Shown in pieces: positions 56,821 through 64,000 of a DNA stretch of 64,000 bases. A program made the position numbers and the translations under genes. Positions within the stretch are counted from its first letter, which is position 1; each line of letters opens with the position of its first letter. A model generated the notes under the pieces. That model was given only the letters and a program-made list of their open reading frames with translations, searched no databases and had not been told where the DNA came from. Source of the DNA: Nitrososphaerota archaeon (GTDB taxonomy: Archaea; Thermoproteota; Nitrososphaeria; Nitrososphaerales; Nitrosopumilaceae); the NCBI GenBank assembly GCA_028867755.1, contig JAGWFT010000002.1:32001-96000 (forward strand), given 5' to 3'.

Positions 56821-57471
56821 ATGGTCTGGCTAAGACGATGTACTCACTACTTATTCATAGTAGTGGTGGCAGTAAACTCGACCTTGTTGACAATCAACGC
56901 GGGAGACTACATCTTCTACACTGACTGGATGTGGACATCATATGTGATATTCACTTTATCACAATCACTGATGCTCGCAGTCGGTGCAGCATATTACCTT
57001 ACGTTCACTGGAGTACCAGGAACGGCAACCTACTATGCGCTGATAATGACAGTGTATACATGGATTGCAAAAGGTGCGTGGTTCTCTCTAGGATATCCGT
57101 ACAGCTTTATCGTTGTACCAGTATGGATTCCATCGGCGATACTGATGGATCTGGCATATTGGGCAACCAAGAGAAACAAACACATGCTTATCTTGGTTGG
57201 AGGCGTGCTGTGTGGAATGTCCATGTCGATGTTCAACATGATCAATCTATTGACAATAGATGATCCACTAGAGACTGCCTTCAAATATCCAAGAACTACA
57301 TTGCCTCCATACATGACTCCTATAGAACCCCAAGTAGGGAAGTTCTATGATAGTCCGGTAGCGCTAGGTGCAGGTGCTGGTGCAGTTTTGACAGTTACAA
57401 TGACTGCATTAGGCTGCAAATTAACAACCTGGACCTACAGATGGATGGCAGCTTGGTCTAAGTGGGATTAA
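56821..57471 (+). CDS. amoA: Ammonia monooxygenase subunit A
   Basis: MVWLRRCTHYLFIVVVAVNSTLLTINAGDYIFYTDW...RWMAAWSKWD. Confidence 0.99.
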   Translation: MVWLRRCTHYLFIVVVAVNSTLLTINAGDYIFYTDWMWTSYVIFTLSQSLMLAVGAAYYLTFTGVPGTATYYALIMTVYTWIAKGAWFSLGYPYSFIVVPVWIPSAILMDLAYWATKRNKHMLILVGGVLCGMSMSMFNMINLLTIDDPLETAFKYPRTTLPPYMTPIEPQVGKFYDSPVALGAGAGAVLTVTMTALGCKLTTWTYRWMAAWSKWD

Positions 57472-57606
57472 CCCCCTTTCCTTTTACTTTATTTTATTAG
57501 GATTATCGAGAGATTTACTCTCATTAATTTTGATTAAAAAAAGTTACACAATGTGTGATCTTTTCTTATCATGGTATTTTCTATAACATTTTGAAATTAG
57601 TCTATA

Positions 57607-58464
57607 TTGAAGCAAGAATATCGATTAATTTCATCAACACCAAAACCCTTTGTAAAGTGGGCTGGAGGAAAAAGACAACTTTTACCTGTCATTACAAATC
57701 ATATTCCAAAATTTGAGAGATATTTTGAACCATTCCTGGGTGGAGGTGCAGTATTTTTCAGTCTGGTTTCTCAAGACCGATATGTCAAATGGTCTGTATC
57801 TGATCTGAATTCTGATCTAGTCCTGTCTTATGTTACAATACGAGATAGAGTAAAGGAATTGATTTCTGCCTTGGAACTGCATTCTACAAATTATTTCAAG
57901 AACCCAAGTTCATACTATTACAAAATTCGTGAAAGCAACCCAAAAGGACAGATTGAGAAGGTGTCAAAACTCATCTTTCTCAATAAGACGTGCTTTAATG
58001 GGCTGTATCGAGTAAACAGTAAAGGAAAGTTCAATGTGCCTCTTGGCAAGTACGTAAATCCAAACATCGTGAATAAAGAAAATCTTCTAGCAGTAAGTGA
58101 AACTCTACAATCAAAAGAGATCTCAATTAAATGCCAGGATTTTGAAAGAGCACTCAAAAACGCAACCAGCGACGACTTTGTCTACTTGGATCCTCCATAC
58201 CAACCAGTAAGCGAGACTGCAAACTTTACAAGCTATACAGATGGGAGTTTTGGATACGATGACCAGGAAAGACTATGTGCCAAATTCAAGGCCCTTGACA
58301 GAAAAGGTGTCAAAGTGTTGCTATCAAACTCAAAATCTTCTGAAATACTTGAGCTCTTCGATGAGTTCTCAGACGGCATTATAGAGATAAACGCAAACCG
58401 ATTCATAAATTCAGTATCTAAGAAAAGAACAGGCCATACTGAGCTTCTCATTAAAAACTACTGA
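57607..58464 (+). CDS. dam: Dam-family (D12 class) N6-adenine DNA methyltransferase
   Basis: KWAGGK, EPFLGGGAV, FNGLYRVN, DPPY; TTG start. Confidence 0.92.
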   Translation: MKQEYRLISSTPKPFVKWAGGKRQLLPVITNHIPKFERYFEPFLGGGAVFFSLVSQDRYVKWSVSDLNSDLVLSYVTIRDRVKELISALELHSTNYFKNPSSYYYKIRESNPKGQIEKVSKLIFLNKTCFNGLYRVNSKGKFNVPLGKYVNPNIVNKENLLAVSETLQSKEISIKCQDFERALKNATSDDFVYLDPPYQPVSETANFTSYTDGSFGYDDQERLCAKFKALDRKGVKVLLSNSKSSEILELFDEFSDGIIEINANRFINSVSKKRTGHTELLIKNY

Positions 58465-58522
58465 TAACTCTAGCAATGTTTTTTCAGATAAGGTAAAATC
58501 AAAGATATTTTACAGGATCAAA

Positions 58523-59065
58523 GTGAGCAACACAAACAAAGGAGAGATCCTACGACTTGCAGAATCTACAAGCGTTGACCTTTTGGAGGAAAAAAAGTCC
58601 CTCCATGACATACTGCTAACCTGCAAAAATATTGCAAAATCATTGCATGTATCTGATGGGAATTCTTGGATAGATCTTGAACTCAATGGATACTTGGTCA
58701 AATACAAAACTAGGGACCAGCTTTGCGATAGCCTGCCAGACTATAGAAAGACAAGCTGGAAGTTCTATGACCTTTATGGAAATGCGGTATCTCTACCTTC
58801 TGACATATTAGACCTCTTTGGCAAGTCTACTGTGCATCATTCTATACAAGAGCTGGAAAATAGCAATCAGGTTGTCATTGGGAGCCAGCTGTTGGAAAAA
58901 TTTAACAAATTCATATCTGAACACGGAATGGACTATGCGTCAAAAAATATGAGGATACACGAGGCAAAAATTTCAAAAAATGAAATAAATCAGGTTCTAA
59001 GCGGTGCAAAAAATAAGGCACAAGAATTCCTTGATAATGTCATAGCTATACTTGAAATTAACTAA
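58523..59065 (+). CDS. AbiTii-domain protein
   Basis: L.DILL.CK.IA..L....WIDLELNGY...PDYRK pattern. Confidence 0.65.
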   Translation: MSNTNKGEILRLAESTSVDLLEEKKSLHDILLTCKNIAKSLHVSDGNSWIDLELNGYLVKYKTRDQLCDSLPDYRKTSWKFYDLYGNAVSLPSDILDLFGKSTVHHSIQELENSNQVVIGSQLLEKFNKFISEHGMDYASKNMRIHEAKISKNEINQVLSGAKNKAQEFLDNVIAILEIN

Positions 59066-59160
59066 CTTTTAATTTCGTGATTTTAGGCAACCTGTGAAAA
59101 GTTAATCTTCTAGTCTCACCTTATCTTACTGTTGCAAGGGGTTGCTAAGAAGAGGAAGAC

Positions 59161-60492
59161 ATGAGCTCGTTTAGCTCTATTGGTGGCTTGCTGTTAGGAA
59201 TTTTAGGTTTGTTAGCTGTTGCTTACGGGTTAGATCCGACGACACCTTATGCAAGTCAGGCCTTCTCGGTAGGTGTTGTGGGCGCAGGAGCTGGTGGTAT
59301 TATTGTTTGGGCAAGTAGTAGAAAACCAAGCAAAAGTATTCTCGTTCAACAATATGAAAACAAATCTTCAAAGGATGATTCTATTCAAGACTTGGTAAAA
59401 TACAAGAATCTTTATGAAGGATCTCCTGTCATGCAGCGGACTGTTAACACTGACGGAATAATAATTGAGTGCAACCAAATGTACGTAAAGAACTTTGGCA
59501 ATGAAAAAAGCGACATTATTGGAAAATCTCTCTTTGAACATGTAGCTGAAAACAATAGAGAGAATATGCAAAAAACATTTGAAAGCTGGAAGAAAAGCGG
59601 CAGAGTTGAAAACGAGGAGATCTGGCTTAAACGAAAAGATGGCAGTACATTTCCAGCCTTGCTCAGTGCTAATAACATACACGATAACAAAGGCAGATTG
59701 ATTGGAAGTAACACACTGATAAGAGATATCTCTCAAACTTACCACGCACACAAAATTGTGGAGGATAATGAAAGGCAAAAAATCCAACTCGATGAATTGA
59801 AGAAAATGAACGCACTAAAAGAAGAGTTTTACATGACCGTCTCAAAAGAATGTCAAATACCTCTAGAATTAGTAAAAAGGCACTGTGATATTCTAAAAGA
59901 CTCTGCAGCTGGAAAACTAGATGTCAAACAACTTGATGTAATAGATGAGATTTACAACAACGCTGGCAAACTAGAACAACTGATACAGGACATAATTGAT
60001 GTGCAAAAACTCAACAGCAATAAAATGGAATTTAAAAAGGAGTTGTTACAAGTTGATGAATTTATGCACAACATGGATGATGTTTTCTCCCCCATGATGA
60101 AGGAAAAAAATATTGAATTTGTCACCCATGCCTCTACAAAATATGCACTTACCAGCGACAAAGCGCGCCTAAAGCAAGTGTTTTACAATTTGGTACAAAA
60201 TGCAGTTGATTTTGTACCTAGTGAGAAGGGAAAGATTGAGATTGCTGCACGTGAAGAAGGAGATTCTGTTTTATTTTATGTTAAAGACAACGGAATAGGC
60301 ATATCTGAGAAGCGAAAGGAATCTGTTTTTAAGAAATTTTACCAGGTCAATCTCTCCTTTAAGAGAAAATATGGCGGAAGCGGATTTGGACTGGTAATTT
60401 GCAAGGGGATTGTAGAAAATCTTGGCGGAAAAATTTGGTTTGAAAGCAAGGAAGCAGAGGGAACCACGTTTTATTTCTCAATTCCAAAATAA
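59161..60492 (+). CDS. Membrane-anchored PAS-HisKA-HATPase sensor kinase lacking the H-box His
   Basis: 2 TM, PAS (KRKDG..F...RDI), H-box SKECQIPL, N box NLVQNA, DNGIG, GSGFGL. Confidence 0.88.
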   Translation: MSSFSSIGGLLLGILGLLAVAYGLDPTTPYASQAFSVGVVGAGAGGIIVWASSRKPSKSILVQQYENKSSKDDSIQDLVKYKNLYEGSPVMQRTVNTDGIIIECNQMYVKNFGNEKSDIIGKSLFEHVAENNRENMQKTFESWKKSGRVENEEIWLKRKDGSTFPALLSANNIHDNKGRLIGSNTLIRDISQTYHAHKIVEDNERQKIQLDELKKMNALKEEFYMTVSKECQIPLELVKRHCDILKDSAAGKLDVKQLDVIDEIYNNAGKLEQLIQDIIDVQKLNSNKMEFKKELLQVDEFMHNMDDVFSPMMKEKNIEFVTHASTKYALTSDKARLKQVFYNLVQNAVDFVPSEKGKIEIAAREEGDSVLFYVKDNGIGISEKRKESVFKKFYQVNLSFKRKYGGSGFGLVICKGIVENLGGKIWFESKEAEGTTFYFSIPK

Positions 60493-60516
60493 TGTTGAAT
60501 CTGCCAAAAAACATTA

Positions 60517-60590
60517 AGCTTCGAACGGGATTCGATCCCGCGACCTTTACCTTACCAAGGTAACGCTCTACCAGGCTGAGCTATCGAAGC
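60517..60590 (-). tRNA. tRNA-Thr(GGT)
   Basis: Acceptor GCTTCGA/TCGAAGC, arm TTACC-TTGGTAA-GGTAA; T-loop ATCGAAT. Confidence 0.93.
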
Positions 60591-60688
60591 ATGAGATGCT
60601 CGACCTTGTGAATCCTTATTAATCTTACTTGGTTTTTTATTTTTTTTCCATAAAACGTTTAATTTCTCCAAACTTGTGCTAATAAAAC

Positions 60689-60807
60689 GCAGGAGTAGCC
60701 GAGCCTGGCCAAAGAAGGCATGGCCTTTGGACGCGCGGGACTTAAGATCATAAAAATGGGTGATCCCGTCTCTTAGGGGTTCGTGGGTTCAAATCCCACC
60801 TCCTGCA
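60689..60807 (+). tRNA. tRNA-Leu(TAA) with two introns (23/24: 60715-60732; 37/38: 60747-60762)
   Basis: Acceptor GCAGGAG/CTCCTGC, long variable arm; each intron forms a BHB-like motif. Confidence 0.9.
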
Positions 60808-60811
60808 CCTT

Positions 60812-61198
60812 TTATTTTTGGTGCTTTATTCCTCTAGCATTTAGAACTTCGTAGACTTCGGAAAGTGAAAATACAAACCCAACATGAACACAATCTTTTT
60901 CTTCGCACAGCATACAATAAAGTTCGCCATTTTGAACTGCAACTTCAGCAATTCTATTTTTGATATTGTCTTTTACTACTACTCTGTTATCGTCAGCTGA
61001 GATTTTTTCTAACTTGGGGGCATATCTTGCAAAGGTCTCGTCTTTTTGCATCAGATCTTCCATCATGAAAGTTATGTATCCTGCAAAGCTATTGACGCCT
61101 TTCATTGCAAGATCGTGTCTATTCTTCTTGTAAATATCGTGGAATCTATTGTAGACTTCTTCTGAAACTGTTATTGATTTGAAACCTGCTTTTGGCAA
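60812..61198 (-). CDS. Ribbon-helix-helix-like N-terminus plus CxxC...CxH zinc-binding C-terminus
   Basis: KSITVSEEVY..F; YCMLCEEKDCVH; TTG start. Confidence 0.7.
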   Translation of the reverse strand: MPKAGFKSITVSEEVYNRFHDIYKKNRHDLAMKGVNSFAGYITFMMEDLMQKDETFARYAPKLEKISADDNRVVVKDNIKNRIAEVAVQNGELYCMLCEEKDCVHVGFVFSLSEVYEVLNARGIKHQK

Positions 61199-61543
61199 AC
61201 TTTGTACCTATACCGTACTTTAAAGTACTGATATTTAATGTTTCTGAGCGCAAACAATGTGACCTGAGGTTAATTTCAAGTCAATCAAACCAGGACTGCA
61301 TTTCATTTTTTTTAATTACCGGTCTTGATTTTCAAATCTAATGCATATCAACATAAGATATTTTTGAAGCAAAACTGTTTTAATGAAAAAGAGCAAGTTC
61401 TTGATTAAACTTTTAAGTATTTAGTATCAATGATGCGCGGTTTTTATTTACTTTTTTTGCATTAATGTTATCAATAGTGCGCCTGTAATACAGCATACCA
61501 CCACCGCACTGGACCACTCAGACCATACCAAAGTACATGTCAA

Positions 61544-61570
61544 CGGATGACCTGAATTTCAGGTCACCCG
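61544..61570. promoter_or_regulatory. Inverted repeat upstream of the HTH-B12-fold regulator
   Basis: CGG-A-TGACCTGA-ATT-TCAGGTCA-C-CCG. Confidence 0.5.
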
Positions 61571-61615
61571 CTGATTTTTAGTAATTCTATATACCAGATA
61601 ACCAGATTAGAGTCT

Positions 61616-62512
61616 GTGGCACGAGGATACGATACTGAAGAAATGAGAGAGAAACTAATTGATGCGCTAAGCAAATCAAAAACTGGCCTTACAGGTATAG
61701 AAATTGCAGAAAAACTGCGTGTTAATCGGGTAACCATGTCAAAATATCTGAAATTTTTTGCAGCCGAGAGTCTAATCCAGCAAAAAAGCATTGGCAGTGT
61801 GAATTTATGGTTTATAGAAAAAGGTGTAGACCAACTAAGCTTTCCAGCAGATCTCTTTCATGTGAAGAATAGATATTTGGAATATGTAATGTCTGCATCA
61901 AGCCATGAGGCACATAATCTTATAAGAACTTCATTACATTCGGGCGCAAATCCATCTAAACTTGTAAACGAGGTCATTGTATCTGCCATAGATGCCGTAG
62001 AAAATTCCTACAAAAATGGAAAGATAGGCAAGTCTGAGAAGAACCTTCTTGATGAAATAATATCATCATCGATATACCTGATCAAACTATCAGAAAAAGA
62101 AGTAAATTCAAAAAAGAACATTGTAATTATATCAACTGACTATCAAAACTCTCTTCTTGCGCAAGCTGCCTCGTCTGCATTCCAGACTGAAGAATGGAAA
62201 GTATCGCTTTTGGGAGATATGTCTTCTGCAATAGATGTATTATTTGACATAGATTTGCAGAGGTTTCTTAACAAAGTATGGGCAAAAAGAGAAGGAATAA
62301 TGGTTGTTGCAATATTCTCATCCACAGAAGGGGCAATCAAGTTCTTCTCTCAAGCAGTTGATGCAAGTAGGGAAAAATTTGGCAAAAATCTGTATCTTGC
62401 ACTATGTAGCAAAATTGCAAAAAAGCCAAAGGTTAATGCAGATTTTGTTTCAGATGACTTGGAAACATTACTGCAATGGTCTCAGACAGTTTTTGAAAGT
62501 TCTCAGAATTAA
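61616..62512 (+). CDS. Winged-HTH regulator with cobalamin-binding-type cap and Rossmann domains (ligand His absent)
   Basis: HTH GLTGIEIAEKLRVNRVTMSKYL; cap helices ending KNGKI; Rossmann IVIIST...WKVSLLG; GTG start. Confidence 0.7.
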   Translation: MARGYDTEEMREKLIDALSKSKTGLTGIEIAEKLRVNRVTMSKYLKFFAAESLIQQKSIGSVNLWFIEKGVDQLSFPADLFHVKNRYLEYVMSASSHEAHNLIRTSLHSGANPSKLVNEVIVSAIDAVENSYKNGKIGKSEKNLLDEIISSSIYLIKLSEKEVNSKKNIVIISTDYQNSLLAQAASSAFQTEEWKVSLLGDMSSAIDVLFDIDLQRFLNKVWAKREGIMVVAIFSSTEGAIKFFSQAVDASREKFGKNLYLALCSKIAKKPKVNADFVSDDLETLLQWSQTVFESSQN

Positions 62513-62859
62513 TGAGATAGTATCTTTATTACCTTGAATGGAATCTCTGAGAAATTAATATTCTTCTCAGTTGATAATAACAGAACATTGTCTTTTACAG
62601 GAAAACTCATGATTATTACTTTCTCTCTATATGACATGGCAAACTGTACAGGCCCAAGTACCTTGTCAAACTCGCGTCTCATCTTTGCTCTGAGGACCAA
62701 TTCCATATACAACATTTCATCATCCCTTGAATCCTCAAGGGATTTGAATCCCTCCCTCATTCCACCTGCAAATAACCTCCCTTTTTCATTTATCATGCCG
62801 GCGAACCTTATTTTGGAATCCAATTCTATTACTTTCTTACATATTTTTTCATAGTCCAT
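62509..62859 (-). CDS. Roadblock/longin-like small protein common in AOA (DUF6659-like)
   Basis: IRFAGMINEKG....GGMREG, FDKVLGPV. Confidence 0.75.
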   Translation of the reverse strand: MDYEKICKKVIELDSKIRFAGMINEKGRLFAGGMREGFKSLEDSRDDEMLYMELVLRAKMRREFDKVLGPVQFAMSYREKVIIMSFPVKDNVLLLSTEKNINFSEIPFKVIKILSH

Positions 62860-62985
62860 GGCATGTTATCCTGCTGCCAAAATTACATGTTGATAGATTG
62901 ATTCTTGGCAACAGAGATGGTATAGAATTCACAACTATTTATCGAGATCTCTTGTATGCATCTTTAAAATAGTTATAAAACAAAA

Positions 62986-63073
62986 TGGGCCGAATGGGAT
63001 TCGAACCCACGACCTTTCGATATCTGAATAATTTTATCAGTCGAACGCTCCAGCCAAGCTGAGCTATCGGCCC
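62986..63073 (-). tRNA. tRNA-Ile(GAT) with 13-nt canonical intron (63022-63034)
   Basis: Acceptor GGGCCGA/TCGGCCC; BHB with CTGA/TCAG central helix at 37/38. Confidence 0.93.
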
Positions 63074-63099
63074 AAGAAATTTTCCGATTCAACTGTCAT

Positions 63100-63660
63100 T
63101 TAAGTCTGCTGGCTTTTCCACTTGATGGAACAACCCATCGATGGGTCAAAATCCTTCTCTATCTTTTTTCCTGAAAGTAGTTTCTCTACATTTAAAATCA
63201 TTGTCTTCTCTGTAGGGCTGTCTTCTGGTTTCATTGCATTGTCTATTCTACCATGGAAAACCAACTTTTGGTTATTGTCAAAGAGGAACGGGTCTGGAGT
63301 GCAGACTGCGCCGTATTTTTTTGCTATTTCTTGTGTCTCATCTACAAGATATGTGAATTTTATGCCTCGCTCTTTTGCAAACGTCTTCATGGCATCAAAA
63401 CTGTCATCTGGATAGTTTGTCGGGTCATTGCTGTTAATCCCAATCATTGCTAATTTTCCCTTGAATTTTTCAGCAACTTCATTCATTGCGGAAACCTTTG
63501 CTTGTACATATGGGCAGTGGTTGCACATGAAAACAACCAGCAATCCAGGGTGTTCCTTGAATTCTGATAGAGAGTGCTTTTTGTCATCTATTCCAAGCAG
63601 GTTAAACTCTGGCGCCTTGTCGCCTGTTTTTAAAACGATCTCAGATTTGAGTAAGACCAT
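63100..63660 (-). CDS. Thioredoxin-fold AhpC/TSA family protein
   Basis: FMCNHCPYV, GAVCTPD, SMGCSIKW; ATG 63660 preferred. Confidence 0.9.
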   Translation of the reverse strand: MVLLKSEIVLKTGDKAPEFNLLGIDDKKHSLSEFKEHPGLLVVFMCNHCPYVQAKVSAMNEVAEKFKGKLAMIGINSNDPTNYPDDSFDAMKTFAKERGIKFTYLVDETQEIAKKYGAVCTPDPFLFDNNQKLVFHGRIDNAMKPEDSPTEKTMILNVEKLLSGKKIEKDFDPSMGCSIKWKSQQT

Positions 63661-63746
63661 GATATCTTTCTGGTGTGCAATATCAATAAAATCTTTGTCA
63701 CACAAAGAGAACAATTAAAATCTGTGCGCTTTTCAATCCATGCAAT

Positions 63747-63818
63747 GGGCTGGTAGTTCAGCGGTAGAATACCCGCCTTGCACGCGGGGGGTCAGGGGTT
63801 CAAATCCCCTCCAGTCCA
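63747..63818 (+). tRNA. tRNA-Ala(TGC)
   Basis: Acceptor GGGCTGG/CCAGTCC, arm CCCGC-CTTGCAC-GCGGG, T-loop TTCAAAT. Confidence 0.95.
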
Positions 63819-63955
63819 TTCCTACTGTCATATAGGACAGGTCACAGTCAGCTACCATTTTTCTCCACTCTGCCTTCAACTTTGACTCTTGATCCTTTGA
63901 TTAGAAATCTGATCGCTTTTTTAAGATTATATTCACGAATGTAATAAAATGATAT

Positions 63956-64000
63956 ATGACAGAAATCTTATGTCGTAATTGTCGTAGAATAATAGATGTC
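63956..64000 (+). CDS. Start of a CxxC zinc-ribbon-like protein (runs off window)
   Basis: MTEILCRNCRRIIDV, TATA-like TTATATT about 25 nt upstream. Confidence 0.5.
   Translation, partial: MTEILCRNCRRIIDV

Noticed and set aside
56293-57525. TACTCTCATT repeated after the amoC and amoA terminators
   Set aside because: Only 10 bp, two copies, no symmetry; insufficient without comparative data
57480-60590. Integrated element at the tRNA-Thr 3' end carrying dam, AbiTii and the kinase
   Set aside because: No integrase and no duplicated tRNA 3' end (att site) found near 57.5 kb
12-63718. Numerous antisense or alternate-frame ORFs of 60-176 aa in the track (e.g. 23451-23981, 45164-45637, 7906-8385)
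   Set aside because: All lie within well-supported genes, lack motifs and promoters, and are expected codon-bias shadows

Overview
AT-rich chromosomal segment of an ammonia-oxidising archaeon (Nitrososphaerota/Thaumarchaeota). The AmoA sequence and gene layout look Nitrosotalea-like, which is an inference. The left two thirds is core metabolism and information processing: sdhACDB, argH, the acetyl/propionyl-CoA carboxylase of the 3HP/4HB cycle, an 11-subunit complex I (nuoABCDHIJKMLN), tbp, pyrE, trm5, ABCE1, non-oxidative pentose phosphate enzymes, a MoxR-vWA-ASCH operon, geranylgeranyl reductase, serS and ribosomal proteins. From about 47 to 57.5 kb lies a nitrogen locus: probable amoZ/amoY, P-II, a nuclease-degenerate Cas4-like Fe-S protein, several small membrane proteins, an Amt transporter, amoB and amoC-amoX-amoA. 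Accessory and regulatory genes follow: dam, AbiTii, a His-less PAS kinase and an HTH-B12-fold regulator. RNA genes are one 5S rRNA, eight tRNAs (four with BHB-type introns, one of them with two) and two C/D-box guide sRNAs found by eye. The strongest lead is a Cas4-like gene that keeps its four Fe-S cysteines but has lost nuclease motifs. It is divergent from P-II and carries a 42-bp promoter almost identical to that of amt (37/42, same spacing to ATG), suggesting an undescribed nitrogen-responsive module. No CRISPR array, transposase or integrase was seen. Family assignments come from motif recognition, not database searches, and rRNA target sequences are recalled consensus because 23S rRNA is not in the window.
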